Assembly (NCBI GenBank): GCA_017532725.1 | Contig: JAFXIZ010000019.1 | Location: 6,525 to 70,524 of the forward strand | Length of the DNA stretch: 64,000 bases | DNA from: Bacteroidaceae bacterium | GTDB taxonomy: Bacteria > Bacteroidota > Bacteroidia > Bacteroidales > Barnesiellaceae_A | Direction of reading: 5' to 3' | Part shown: piece by piece, positions 53,063 through 63,439 of the stretch | How positions within the stretch are numbered: position 1 is the stretch's first letter | How the letters are laid out: every line of letters starts with the position of its first letter | Notes under the pieces: model-generated | What the model was told of the DNA's origin: nothing | Database searches by the model: none | Seen by the model: the letters and a program-made list of their open reading frames with translations, nothing else | Made by a program: the position numbers and the translations under genes

Positions 53063-56059
53063 ATGAATCTGTTGAAAAAAGTAATACCTTTTGTGCTTGC
53101 TCTTATCGTAGGATTACCTTCGTTTGGCACAAATTGCAATTCTGCTCTGATGAGGTTGAAAGGCGATACAAATACCATTTTGCAGCGTTCAATTAGTTCA
53201 AAATCAATTAGAAATACCTCCTTGAAAGCTGAGTTGAGTAATGTTGAATCAACTTATGCCTACACTTGGGGAACGATTGATCACGAAAACGGTTATACTT
53301 GGTATTATACGCAGACTTTTGAGGAACGCGGTTGGTACTTGGGAGCTTCGGATATTACGATTTATGACAATAACTTTGAGCAAGTGTGTACGCTTCATAT
53401 CGACATTCCCGAAGATATGAATGTAAACGATGTAATGCCGGTAGACTTTATTTCATCACAATTTTTTAATACCGATGCAAATTCTTATGAACTACCTGTA
53501 TTTGTGCATGCTGTTGATAATGGTACACAAATCAATAAAGTATATGTTTATAACTTTGATGGTGAGATAGTACAAGAGTATAACTCACGTTCGATGTTGA
53601 TGTTTACTGCATCGGATAATTATAAAAGAGTTCTTTTAGTAAATGAAGAAAATGGATTACTGACTATCAATATCCTCAAGGCTGCACAAGATAACAACTT
53701 GCCTGTTATTGAACATACCTTTACCATAGACCAAGATTTGCTATATTATAACAACGGACCTGCATTGAACTATTATACTCTTGCCGGTAAACCCTTCTAT
53801 TGTATATCGCATTTTGAGAAACCTTGTATGGATGGTTATGATATGGAGTCGTTTATACCTACACAAACTCCCGATAACTACCTGCTTATAAAAACTTATG
53901 ATGAGAAATATGAAATGGTTGATTCTTTGCGCATATCTATTGCATCTTCAAATCCCGATGCTACCTATGGATTTGCATCTTTAGGTATGATGTCTAACGA
54001 AGATGTTCGTTTGGGTGAGTTTACTAATGACAATCAACGCAATTATATCGTAACACATTACGACTATTATGCTTTGAGCGACGATTTTATTTATAATTTC
54101 CGTGTTTACGATCAAAAGGGTAACTTGGTTAATACAATTGCCGAAAATACTACAACGTGGTTCGGCTTAAGCGATATAAAAGGATGTGAAGAACAAATGG
54201 TATTTTTGAAAACGAACGATTCGGGAGAGCAATTGCTTGAAATGATTGATATACCCTCTTGTAACATTGCGGCCACATTCCCCGCTATGGTAGATGGATA
54301 CCAAATTTCAACAACTCTTGATCGTTATCCTGTTGATGATGAATACCAGTATGTAATAGGTTTGAGTCAAGCTACACCTAATAAAGATGGTGATGCTATA
54401 GCTCGTATTGGTTGGTACAAGCGCGATTGCACAGTAGATCATTATGTAGAGTTTAACTTGGGCAAAAATGCCGAAGGCTTTACACCCTATATTGCCGGCT
54501 ATGTGTTGAATCCCTATTTGTTCAATACCGATGATAAGCGCGAGTATTTCTACTTGGCAATGAACAAGCGCACCGATGGCAGTGATGTTCTTGACAAGAC
54601 ACTGTACCTTGCCGATGAAGATGGCAAAGTGTTGCGCACCATTAAGCCCGAAGCCGGTGATGAAATAGAGTTCTCGAGTGGCGATGTATTTGACTATAAT
54701 ACCGATTCTCCTTGTATGTTGTTGTCGTTCTACAATGGCGATAAAGATGCCTTTGAGATACAGTACTACAGTTTGCCGTTCGATAAGTTTACGAATGGTG
54801 GCGACGGTACAGTAGATAGTCCTTATGTTATAACCAACCCGGGCGAATTGGCGCAAATGCACAGCGAGCCTACGGCGCACTATGTATTGGGTAATGATAT
54901 AGATATGAGCAGTTACGCTGCGCCCTACTATGGCGCTACTGAGTTTACAGGTACATTCGATGGTAATAATTATGTTATATCCAACATTGTACTCAATAAT
55001 GGAGGTCTTTTTACAACTACCAATGGCGCAACAATCAAGAACGTACAATTGCAGTCGCCTATATTTAATGTAACAGATACCGATTGTGGTATCGTGGTAA
55101 ACACAGCCAATAATACTACTATCGAAAACGTGCATATCTATGATGCCGTTGTAGAGGGGAATGGTAGCGATGATAAATATGTAGGTGGTATAGTGGGTGT
55201 AGCCGATAATACATCTATACAAGTAGCCTCAATGATAAGAGCATTGGTAAGTAGCAACTTGACAAACTTTGGAGGTGTTGCCGGTTGTCTTAATAATAGT
55301 GTTGTTACAGCATCTGTTACAAGTGGTGAATTTGATGTAGCATATAAGTCGGGAGGTATTGCCTCTTATGTATCTTATGATAGCCGAATTGCTAACTCGC
55401 ATACTCAATGGACAGTTTTGTTGCCTTCATATTTTGGAGAGATTGCAGCACAAATGATAGGTGTAGTTCGTAACTGTTATACTGCAGGAACTATCTATGG
55501 CGAATTAGATGAATTAAATTATCCATACCACGATTATGCCGGAATTGCATATATGCAAGATTCAAATCCCGACGTTAATACCGTATCTGTAATAGAAAAT
55601 TGTGTGTCATTGAATGATATAATTGTTGCCGATTATAAGAGTGGTATGTTGTGTAATAACTACAGCCAAAATATGTCGGGTGATGATGCATCGTCGGTAT
55701 ATGGTATGTATAAAGCACAGACCGATATGAATCGCGCTTTCTTTGAAGAACTTGGATACAAGTATGGTAATACCGTTGATGCTCCTTGGGTGGGCGAAGG
55801 CTTACCCCTACTCTACTTTGAGAACGAGCGTCAGAGTGTGACAGCAGTCAATAAGGAAGATGGCAACATTCAATATGATGGTACATTGGTATCGGTAGCC
55901 AATGCCGAGTCTGTTGCGCTGTTCAATATGCAAGGTCAACTTGTGGCAACAACCCGTGGTAATGAGTTGTATGTTGCAGATGTTGCCACAGGCGTATATG
56001 TTGTCGTTGCTGTCGATAACAATGGCAACAACCAAGTACGCAAGATTGTGGTAAGATAA
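53063..56059 (+). CDS. T9SS-sorted surface protein with GLUG-motif region
   Basis: Signal peptide. The N-terminal ~580 aa are repeat-rich and beta-propeller-like. GLUG-type repeats are present (GGLFTTTNGATIKNV, YVGGIVGVADNTSI, NFGGVAGCLNNSVV, KSGGIASYVS). The C-terminal type-A sorting domain is ...VALFNMQGQLVATT...GVYVVVAVDNNGNNQVRKIVVR. Confidence 0.8.
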   Translation: MNLLKKVIPFVLALIVGLPSFGTNCNSALMRLKGDTNTILQRSISSKSIRNTSLKAELSNVESTYAYTWGTIDHENGYTWYYTQTFEERGWYLGASDITIYDNNFEQVCTLHIDIPEDMNVNDVMPVDFISSQFFNTDANSYELPVFVHAVDNGTQINKVYVYNFDGEIVQEYNSRSMLMFTASDNYKRVLLVNEENGLLTINILKAAQDNNLPVIEHTFTIDQDLLYYNNGPALNYYTLAGKPFYCISHFEKPCMDGYDMESFIPTQTPDNYLLIKTYDEKYEMVDSLRISIASSNPDATYGFASLGMMSNEDVRLGEFTNDNQRNYIVTHYDYYALSDDFIYNFRVYDQKGNLVNTIAENTTTWFGLSDIKGCEEQMVFLKTNDSGEQLLEMIDIPSCNIAATFPAMVDGYQISTTLDRYPVDDEYQYVIGLSQATPNKDGDAIARIGWYKRDCTVDHYVEFNLGKNAEGFTPYIAGYVLNPYLFNTDDKREYFYLAMNKRTDGSDVLDKTLYLADEDGKVLRTIKPEAGDEIEFSSGDVFDYNTDSPCMLLSFYNGDKDAFEIQYYSLPFDKFTNGGDGTVDSPYVITNPGELAQMHSEPTAHYVLGNDIDMSSYAAPYYGATEFTGTFDGNNYVISNIVLNNGGLFTTTNGATIKNVQLQSPIFNVTDTDCGIVVNTANNTTIENVHIYDAVVEGNGSDDKYVGGIVGVADNTSIQVASMIRALVSSNLTNFGGVAGCLNNSVVTASVTSGEFDVAYKSGGIASYVSYDSRIANSHTQWTVLLPSYFGEIAAQMIGVVRNCYTAGTIYGELDELNYPYHDYAGIAYMQDSNPDVNTVSVIENCVSLNDIIVADYKSGMLCNNYSQNMSGDDASSVYGMYKAQTDMNRAFFEELGYKYGNTVDAPWVGEGLPLLYFENERQSVTAVNKEDGNIQYDGTLVSVANAESVALFNMQGQLVATTRGNELYVADVATGVYVVVAVDNNGNNQVRKIVVR

Positions 56060-56082
56060 GACATACTATCGCATAACAGTTT

Positions 56083-56124
56083 AGAGGCTGTGCTCAAAAT
56101 GAAAATTTTGTCGCAGCCTCTTTT
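56083..56124 (+). terminator. terminator after the T9SS cargo gene
   Basis: Stem agaggctg (56083-56090) / cagcctct (56114-56121), then TTT. Confidence 0.6.
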
Positions 56125-56274
56125 CGTTTGTACCCATTGATGTAAAGCAAGGTATTGATTATTGGTACTACACTTTTTTCCATTGTGCCAGCATACCGAT
56201 AGTAAGAAAATACAACGTCGGTTACTACACACTGCCTCCTATGCCTCTTGCTTAAATTGTATTTATTATTTTGT

Positions 56275-56305
56275 TTTGTTTATCAAGAATTAATCGCTAT
56301 ATTTG
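56275..56305 (+). promoter_or_regulatory. Bacteroidetes sigma-A promoter (-33 TTTG, 19-nt spacer, -7 TATATTTG) of the pmp3-like gene
   Basis: TTTG at 56275-56278 and TATATTTG at 56298-56305, separated by exactly 19 nt. The box lies 40 nt upstream of ATG 56345. Confidence 0.55.
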
Positions 56306-56344
56306 TAGTAATATTCTGAATAACTAATCTAAAACAATAATGCT

Positions 56345-56500
56345 ATGTCTATTTGGAGAGTAATCTTATCAATCATTTTCCCACCGTTGGCAGTATATGA
56401 CCGTGGTTGTGGATCAATTCTTATTGTATTCATCCTTACTTGTTGTGCTTGGGTGCCCGGTGTTATAGGTGCTTTAGTGATATTGAATAAGAATAAATAA
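56345..56500 (+). CDS. Pmp3/YqaE family small hydrophobic membrane protein (51 aa, not in the ORF track)
   Basis: MSIWRVILSIIFPPLAVYDRGCGSILIVFILTCCAWVPGVIGALVILNKNK has two TM helices and the family FPPLAV...G...WVPG pattern. It has its own promoter and terminator. The antisense track ORF 56329..56568 is spurious. Confidence 0.8.
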   Translation: MSIWRVILSIIFPPLAVYDRGCGSILIVFILTCCAWVPGVIGALVILNKNK

Positions 56501-56519
56501 TAGGATATAAAATGTAGAT

Positions 56520-56554
56520 AAGCAGCCCTGCCATTATAGCAAGGCTGCTTTTTT
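56520..56554 (+). terminator. rho-independent terminator of the pmp3-like gene
   Basis: Stem aagcagcc (56520-56527) / ggctgctt (56543-56550) running into a T-run. Confidence 0.75.
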
Positions 56555-56594
56555 ATTGCGCATCTCATAACCTATATTGAGGGGCTATTAAAAC

Positions 56595-56624
56595 AAAAAA
56601 CCGAGCAGTAGTGCCCGGCTTTTT
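56595..56624 (-). terminator. strand-specific terminator after the gyrA-TPR pair
   Basis: The minus-strand RNA AAAAAGCCGGGCA-cta-TGCTCGGTTTTTT pairs with two G-U wobbles. On the plus strand these positions would be A-C mismatches. Confidence 0.6.
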
Positions 56625-56649
56625 GTTTGTGTGAGTTTTTATCTCTTTA

Positions 56650-57924
56650 TTAGAAACCCATTTCAAGTTCGATAAGTTTGAGGTTCTTTGCATCGTTAAG
56701 GTTGTAGTAGATGCTACGAAGGGCTACCATATACTCGCGCTCGTTGGCATCGATTTGGTGTGCTTTTTCGTAGTAAGGAAGAGCCTTGCGATACAAAGGA
56801 AGAACTTCGGTTTCTTTTGCAGCGTTGAATTCTGTTGTGTTGGTTATTTTCTCGCTCAATTCGTTGTTCTTCTCAACGGCTTGGTTGAAGTACATACGAC
56901 CCATATTACCCAATGCGAGTGCAAAGTTGGGGTTCAAGTCGAGTGACTTTTGGAAGCAAGCGATAGCACCTTCGTTGTCCTTTTGAGCCTCGAGGAGTTG
57001 ACCCTTAACGTTCCACAATTCGGCGTTGTTGGGGTCGTTTTTGATAACCTCGTTAAGAGTAGCAATAGCCTTGTCGTAGTCGTTGGCAGCAATGTGCAAG
57101 TTAATCAAACGCAGGCTGTAGTAGTTCTCTTTTTGAGTAAATTTAGTGCCGTCGGGGCGAGTGCCTTCAACGTCCAATGTACCGAAGAGTTGGTTACCTT
57201 CGTTAAGCAAAGGAATCAAGTTGGCTGTATCGCGCTCGCTTTCATAGATACCGATGAGGTATTTGTAAACGAGGTTTTGCTCGAAGCCGTTACCTTTGGC
57301 ACGGAGCAACGCTTTCTTAGCCAATTCATCGTTGTCCATATTCAATGCAGCCAATGCTGTGTAATACTCAATTTGAGCATAGAGCGAGTCGGCAGGCATA
57401 TTCTTTACATTGGCCATAAAAGGAAGGTCGCGAATCTCAATAAAGGTATTCCACATTTCGTATGCCTTGGCATAGTCTTTCTCATCGTTGAAGTAGTGCA
57501 AACCACCTTGAGTGAAACCGTCAGAGTTCATCAAAAAGTCTTTTTGAATATTCTTCAAGTATTTGGGTTTAACTTTACCCTTCTCGTTGGGGAGTGTGTC
57601 AAATGCTACGGCTTTGATGTAGTATTTGTAACCATTGAGCAAGGCTTGGTACATACCGGACTTGTTGGCTGCAAGACCATACATTGCTTGGCTATTTTCT
57701 TTCTCATAATAGCGTTGCTCGATGTTACCGGCAACATACCACGCCTTGGCATCTTCGGCCGATTCGCCGGCAAGGGCTTGTTGGATAGTGTTGCGTGCAG
57801 TCTTGAAGTCGGGCTTCTCAGTCTTTTTGGCAAGGCTCCAAGCTTGGTCAACAAGTGCTTTTTGTGCAAAAGTAAATGTTACAGAAAGTAGCAATAATGT
57901 TGCTGTCAATAATGTCTTTCTCAT
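56650..57924 (-). CDS. secreted tetratricopeptide repeat protein
   Basis: Signal peptide MRKTLLTATLLLLSVTFTFAQK. Multiple TPR units (e.g. AELWNVKGQLLEAQKDNEGAIACFQKSLDLNPN). It lies 41 nt downstream of gyrA. Confidence 0.8.
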   Translation of the reverse strand: MRKTLLTATLLLLSVTFTFAQKALVDQAWSLAKKTEKPDFKTARNTIQQALAGESAEDAKAWYVAGNIEQRYYEKENSQAMYGLAANKSGMYQALLNGYKYYIKAVAFDTLPNEKGKVKPKYLKNIQKDFLMNSDGFTQGGLHYFNDEKDYAKAYEMWNTFIEIRDLPFMANVKNMPADSLYAQIEYYTALAALNMDNDELAKKALLRAKGNGFEQNLVYKYLIGIYESERDTANLIPLLNEGNQLFGTLDVEGTRPDGTKFTQKENYYSLRLINLHIAANDYDKAIATLNEVIKNDPNNAELWNVKGQLLEAQKDNEGAIACFQKSLDLNPNFALALGNMGRMYFNQAVEKNNELSEKITNTTEFNAAKETEVLPLYRKALPYYEKAHQIDANEREYMVALRSIYYNLNDAKNLKLIELEMGF

Positions 57925-57965
57925 AATGTTTTCTTAATTAGAGGTGATTTATTGTTTCTTGTTAT

Positions 57966-60527
57966 TTATTCATTATCGGGAGTTGCGTTTTCGGTGGTTT
58001 CGGTAGTTGTGTTGTCAACTGCACCGTCGGTAGTTGCATTTTCTGCTACGGTTTCATCGGTCGCATTTTCTACTTCATCGGTGGCCGACAGTACCTTACA
58101 TACCGAGGCAATCTCATCGTTGCGTTTCTCCAAGTTGATGATGCGTACACCTTGAGTGGCACGACCCATTACGCGTACGTCGGCAACTTTCATTCGCAAT
58201 GTGATACCCGACTTGTTGATGATAACCAAGTCGTTCTCGTCCGAAACGTTTTTGATGGCTACTACCTTACCGGTCTTGTCGGTAATCTTCATTGTTGCCA
58301 CACCCTTACCACCACGGTTGGTGATACGATAGTCTTCGGCAATTGAGCGTTTACCATAACCTTGTTCCGAGATAACCATTATAGTATCCTCTTGGAAATT
58401 GTTGACAACAATCATACCTATTACGGCATCTTGTCCGTCTTCATCAAGACGCATACCACGCACACCTGTTGCTACGCGACCCATTTCGCGTACAGTGCTT
58501 TCGTGGAAGGTAATGGCACGACCGTTACGGTTGGCAAGTACAAGGTGGCTGTTACCATCGGTGAGGCGTACTTCAATAAGTTGGTCGCCTTCGACAATAT
58601 TGATAGCATTCACACCATTTTGGCGAGGTCGTGAGTAGGCTTCCAATTTTGTTTTCTTGATGATACCGTTGCGTGTACAGAATACAAGGTTGTGAGTTGT
58701 GTTGTACTCGGGGTCTTGCAATTGTTTTACGCGAATGAATGCGTTAACTTTATCATCCGACTCGATGTTGAGCAGGTTTTGTATAGCGCGACCCTTCGAG
58801 TTCTTGGCACCCTCGGGTATTTCATACACCTTGAGCCAATAGCAACGACCCTTCTGTGTGAAGAACAACATATAGTTGTGCATAGATGCAGGATAGATAT
58901 ACTCGATAAAGTCCTCATCGCGAGTATCACTACCTTTGGCTCCTACTCCACCACGATTTTGCGCACGGAATTCGGTGAGAGGTGTACGCTTGATATAGCC
59001 CATATGTGATATGGTTATGATCATTTCATCATCGGCATAGAAGTCTTCGGCGTTAAACTCTTCGTTGGCATATACAATCTCGGTGCGACGCTCGTCTCCA
59101 TATTTCTCTTTCACTTCGTTCAACTCATCCTTGATGACCTGCATACATACCTCGTGGTTTGAAAGAATCTCTTTGAAACGACGTATGGCCTCCTCAACTT
59201 GTTGGAACTCGGCGTGGAGTTTGTCTTGTTCAAGACCGGTGAGTTGACGCAAGCGCATCTCTACGATTGCCGCCGCTTGCTTGTCGCTGAGGGCAAAACG
59301 CTCTATCAAGCGTGCGCGGGCTTGCTCGCCATTTTGCGATGAGCGTATGATGGCAATAACTTCATCAATATTATCGCTGGCTATGATTAAGCCCTCGAGG
59401 ATGTGGGCGCGCTCCTCGGCTTTCTCCAAGTCGTATTGAGTGCGACGTATCACTACCTCGTGACGGTGGTCGATAAATGCTTGCAAGAGTTGCTTGAGGT
59501 TGAGCAATTGGGGACGACCGTTGACAAGTGCGATGTTGTTGACACTGAATGATGATTGCAAGGCAGTCATCTTATAGAGTTTGTTAAGCACTACGCTTGC
59601 ATTGGCATCGCGCTTGATATCGATAACAATGCGCATACCACTGCGGTCGCTCTCATCATTGATGTTAGAGATACCGTCGAGGCGTTTCTCTTCAACGAGG
59701 TCGGCAATGTTTTTGATAAGTTCGGCCTTGTTTACACCGTAGGGTATTTCGTGGACAATGATTGATTCGCGATTACCGTCGTTCTCAATTTCGGCTTTGG
59801 CACGAACAATGATACGACCACGACCGGTTTCAAAGGCATCTTTTACGCCGGCATAACCATATATGGTAGCACCTGTTGGGAAGTCGGGGGCTTTGACATA
59901 TTGCATCAGGTCGGCAACCTCGGCTTCGGGATTGTCGATAAGTGCAATAGATGCATCGATACACTCCGAGAGGTTGTGAGGAGGCATATTGGTAGCCATA
60001 CCTACGGCAATACCCGAAGCACCGTTTACCAGCAATTGAGGTATGCGAGTGGGCAGTACTGTGGGCTCTTCGAGCGTATTATCGAAGTTGGGAGTAAAGT
60101 CAACAGTGCGCTTGTTAATGTCGGCAAGCATCTCTTCGGCAATGCGCGAAAGACGTGCTTCGGTGTAACGCATCGCAGCAGGCGAGTCGCCATCGACCGA
60201 ACCAAAGTTACCTTGACCATCTACCATACAGTAGCGCAGTGACCAATCTTGTGCCATACGGGCAAGGGCAAAATATACCGATGAGTCACCGTGTGGGTGA
60301 TACTTACCGAGTACCTCACCGACGATACGGGCACACTTCTTGTAGGGTTGATTATGGGTGTTGTTAAGACGTTCCATTCCGTACAATATACGACGATGTA
60401 CGGGTTTAAGACCATCTCTTACATCGGGCAGGGCGCGAGCCACGATTACTGACATCGAATAGTCGATATAAGACGACTGCATCACTTGCTCGATGTTGAC
60501 TCTCTGAATTTTGTCTTGGTCTAACAT
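57966..60527 (-). CDS. gyrA: DNA gyrase subunit A
   Basis: [17 protein letters not shown], the active-site region [10 protein letters not shown], and a GyrA-box/beta-pinwheel C-terminal domain. The tail is acidic and Thr/Asn-rich. Confidence 0.97.
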   Translation of the reverse strand: MLDQDKIQRVNIEQVMQSSYIDYSMSVIVARALPDVRDGLKPVHRRILYGMERLNNTHNQPYKKCARIVGEVLGKYHPHGDSSVYFALARMAQDWSLRYCMVDGQGNFGSVDGDSPAAMRYTEARLSRIAEEMLADINKRTVDFTPNFDNTLEEPTVLPTRIPQLLVNGASGIAVGMATNMPPHNLSECIDASIALIDNPEAEVADLMQYVKAPDFPTGATIYGYAGVKDAFETGRGRIIVRAKAEIENDGNRESIIVHEIPYGVNKAELIKNIADLVEEKRLDGISNINDESDRSGMRIVIDIKRDANASVVLNKLYKMTALQSSFSVNNIALVNGRPQLLNLKQLLQAFIDHRHEVVIRRTQYDLEKAEERAHILEGLIIASDNIDEVIAIIRSSQNGEQARARLIERFALSDKQAAAIVEMRLRQLTGLEQDKLHAEFQQVEEAIRRFKEILSNHEVCMQVIKDELNEVKEKYGDERRTEIVYANEEFNAEDFYADDEMIITISHMGYIKRTPLTEFRAQNRGGVGAKGSDTRDEDFIEYIYPASMHNYMLFFTQKGRCYWLKVYEIPEGAKNSKGRAIQNLLNIESDDKVNAFIRVKQLQDPEYNTTHNLVFCTRNGIIKKTKLEAYSRPRQNGVNAINIVEGDQLIEVRLTDGNSHLVLANRNGRAITFHESTVREMGRVATGVRGMRLDEDGQDAVIGMIVVNNFQEDTIMVISEQGYGKRSIAEDYRITNRGGKGVATMKITDKTGKVVAIKNVSDENDLVIINKSGITLRMKVADVRVMGRATQGVRIINLEKRNDEIASVCKVLSATDEVENATDETVAENATTDGAVDNTTTETTENATPDNE

Positions 60528-60763
60528 ATTTATGATTAGTTATACAATAATTACAAACAATTGCACACAACGCAAATCGCTCCCTTGCAAGAGCGTGTTG
60601 TTATGTGAGCATATTAGCGTACAAAGATAACTATTTTTTGGTCAACTTCGGCATCCATTTATTGTTTTTTATGACTATATTGCTAAAAAAATGGCACACT
60701 ATTTGTTTAATATGAAAAAACGATTGATATAACTTTTTATATATTTATTCTGACAAAAACTAC

Positions 60764-60771
60764 TACCTTTG
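60764..60771 (+). promoter_or_regulatory. candidate -7 box (TACCTTTG) for clpC
   Basis: Exact TAnnTTTG match 40 nt upstream of ATG 60811. No clear -33. Confidence 0.3.
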
Positions 60772-60810
60772 TCACTCGAAAAGATTTAAGGTTAGGAGAA
60801 ATATTTTTTT

Positions 60811-63342
60811 ATGGAAAGAAATTTTTCAAATCACGCCAAGACAGTGTTGGCTTATAGTCGCGAGGAGGCCGGTCGATTGCAGAATACCGATATTCTGCCT
60901 GAGCACCTCTTGCTGGGCATTATTCGTGATGGAGAGGGTCGTGCCATTGATGCTATGTTGAGCCTTGGGCTCAACCCCCATTCGTTGCGTATGGCACTTG
61001 AACGCCAATTGCTTACCGATAGCGATGATATGGCACAAAACGAAATATCAATAGCCAAAAGCACCGATCGCGTGCTGAAGATGAGTATGCTCGAATCGCG
61101 TATGCTCAAGAGTAACGAAACCGATACCGAACATATATTGTTGGCTATTCTTCGCGATAAAGATACACAGGCTTCACGCATATTGAATATGAATAATGTG
61201 ACATACGATGACGTTTTGTCTTATTTGAAGGATAGTAATGACACTCCCCTACATCGCGAATCGCCCCGAATGGGTGCAGGATTTGAGGAGGATGAGGAGG
61301 ATGATGAGCCGCGTATGTCGTCAGGTGGCCGCACTCGTTCAACAAGTACCACTACATCGGCCGGCAGTGATACTCCTGTATTGGATAACTTTGGCTCTGA
61401 TATGACTCGCGCCGCCGAGGAGGGTCGCCTCGACCCCGTTGTGGGTAGAGAGGTTGAGATAGAACGATTGGCGCAAATATTAAGCCGTCGAAAGAAGAAT
61501 AACCCCGTGCTTATAGGTGAGCCGGGTGTGGGTAAATCGGCTATTGTCGAAGGACTCGCCTTGCGAATAGTGCAACGCAAGGTGTCGCGTGTACTCTTTG
61601 GCAAGCGTCTTATTTCGCTCGATGTGGCGTCGATTGTTGCCGGCACGAAGTATCGCGGACAGTTTGAGGAGCGTGTAAAGGCTATCTTGAATGAATTGTC
61701 GAAAAATCCTGATATCATCTTGTTTATCGATGAGATACATACCATTGTGGGTGCCGGTGGTGCTACAGGTACACTCGATGCTGCCAATATGCTGAAACCT
61801 GCATTGGCGCGTGGCGAAATACAATGTATTGGTGCCACCACACTCGATGAGTATCGCAAGAATATCGAGAAGGATGGTGCGTTGGAGCGTCGTTTCCAGA
61901 AGATTATGGTCGATCCCACTACTCCCGAGGAAACCTTGCAGATACTTAAAAATATAAAAGGTCGCTATGAGGATCATCACAATGTCATATACACCGACGA
62001 TGCGTTGGAGGCTTGTGTCAAATTGACAGGTCGTTATATCAGCGACCGAAACTTCCCCGACAAGGCTATCGATGCGCTCGATGAAGCCGGCTCGCGTGTA
62101 CACATTACCAATATTGTCGTACCCAAGGAGATTGAAAATCTTGAGCAAGCCATCGAGGAGGCAGGTGCTGCCAAGATGCAGGCTGTAAGTGAGCAGAATT
62201 ATGAGTTGGCTGCCGGTTATCGCGATAAGTCGAAAGAACTACAGGAGCAACTCGAGGTGGCTAAACGCCGTTGGGAGCAGCAAATATCGGAGCATCGCGA
62301 GATTGTGGATGAAGAGAAGATTGCCGAGGTGGTGGCTATGATGTCGGGTATTCCTGTGCAACGTGTTGCCGAAGGCGAGACTTTGCGATTGCTCAATATG
62401 GCCGACGACTTGAAACGTGTGGTTGTGGGTCAAGACAGTGCTGTCGAAAAGATTGTGAAGGCCATACAGCGCAACCGTATAGGACTCAAAGACCCCAATA
62501 AACCCATTGGAACGTTTATGTTCCTCGGCCCTACAGGTGTGGGTAAGACGCACCTTGCCAAGAAGTTGGCCGAGATGCTTTTCGATAGCAAAGATGCACT
62601 TATTCGCATCGATATGAGCGAGTATATGGAGAAGTTTGCTGTGTCGCGTCTTGTAGGTGCGCCTCCGGGATATGTTGGTTACGAGGAGGGTGGACAACTC
62701 ACCGAACGTGTGCGCCGTAAACCCTATTCGGTTGTGTTGCTCGATGAGATTGAGAAGGCTCACCCCGATACGTTTAACCTGTTGCTGCAAGTAATGGATG
62801 AAGGTCGTTTGACCGACAGTTTGGGTCGTCAGGTCGATTTCAAGAATACAATTATTATTCTTACCTCTAATATAGGTACTCGACAACTCAAGGACTTCGG
62901 TAGTGGCGTTGGTTTTGCCACTCAAACCATCGATGAGAAAGAGAATTCGCGCAATGTGATACAAAAAGCCCTCAATCGCGCATTCTCGCCCGAGTTCCTC
63001 AATCGTGTCGATGATATTGTGATGTTCGACCAGTTGGATAAAGAGTCGATATTCAAGATTATAGATATCGAATTGGAAGGCTTCTACAAACGCATCGAGC
63101 AGTTGGGCTACAAACTCTTGCTTACCGATGAGGCAAAGACATTCATAGCCGAGAAGGGCTACGATGTACAGTTTGGCGCACGTCCGTTGAAGCGTGCCAT
63201 ACAAAAGTATCTTGAGGATGAAATGGCCGAGATAATCATTCGTACTGCCATCCGGCAAGGTGACACTATCAAAGTCGATTATGACAGCGAACAAGGCAAG
63301 ATTACAACTTGTGTTGTCGATTCTGCCGATAATGCCGAGTAA
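60811..63342 (+). CDS. clpC: ClpC/ClpA-type AAA+ Clp protease ATP-binding subunit
   Basis: Double Clp_N repeat and two AAA+ modules (GEPGVGKSAIVEGLA, FLGPTGVGKTHLAKKLA). A UVR-like segment (YELAAGYRDK) and the ClpB_D2-small C-terminus are present. Confidence 0.93.
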   Translation: MERNFSNHAKTVLAYSREEAGRLQNTDILPEHLLLGIIRDGEGRAIDAMLSLGLNPHSLRMALERQLLTDSDDMAQNEISIAKSTDRVLKMSMLESRMLKSNETDTEHILLAILRDKDTQASRILNMNNVTYDDVLSYLKDSNDTPLHRESPRMGAGFEEDEEDDEPRMSSGGRTRSTSTTTSAGSDTPVLDNFGSDMTRAAEEGRLDPVVGREVEIERLAQILSRRKKNNPVLIGEPGVGKSAIVEGLALRIVQRKVSRVLFGKRLISLDVASIVAGTKYRGQFEERVKAILNELSKNPDIILFIDEIHTIVGAGGATGTLDAANMLKPALARGEIQCIGATTLDEYRKNIEKDGALERRFQKIMVDPTTPEETLQILKNIKGRYEDHHNVIYTDDALEACVKLTGRYISDRNFPDKAIDALDEAGSRVHITNIVVPKEIENLEQAIEEAGAAKMQAVSEQNYELAAGYRDKSKELQEQLEVAKRRWEQQISEHREIVDEEKIAEVVAMMSGIPVQRVAEGETLRLLNMADDLKRVVVGQDSAVEKIVKAIQRNRIGLKDPNKPIGTFMFLGPTGVGKTHLAKKLAEMLFDSKDALIRIDMSEYMEKFAVSRLVGAPPGYVGYEEGGQLTERVRRKPYSVVLLDEIEKAHPDTFNLLLQVMDEGRLTDSLGRQVDFKNTIIILTSNIGTRQLKDFGSGVGFATQTIDEKENSRNVIQKALNRAFSPEFLNRVDDIVMFDQLDKESIFKIIDIELEGFYKRIEQLGYKLLLTDEAKTFIAEKGYDVQFGARPLKRAIQKYLEDEMAEIIIRTAIRQGDTIKVDYDSEQGKITTCVVDSADNAE

Positions 63343-63362
63343 TAACATCACTGTTATAGGTC

Positions 63363-63396
63363 AAAATGTCAGTCTTTTGAGGCTGGCATTTTTTTT
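63363..63396 (+). terminator. rho-independent terminator of clpC
   Basis: 10-bp stem aaaatgtcag / ctggcatttt (one G-U pair) followed by T-run up to 63396. Confidence 0.7.
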
Positions 63397-63439
63397 GTAC
63401 TTTATGGTGCAAACAATAAAAACAAAAAAACAATATATT

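Noticed and set aside
57966-58100. Repeated N-x-T sequons and short direct DNA repeats in the GyrA C-terminal tail (ENATDE, ENATTD, DNTTTE, ENATPD), considered as a glycosylation or contingency locus.
   Set aside because: GyrA is cytoplasmic, and acidic low-complexity tails are a known GyrA feature. The nucleotide repeats are short and imperfect.
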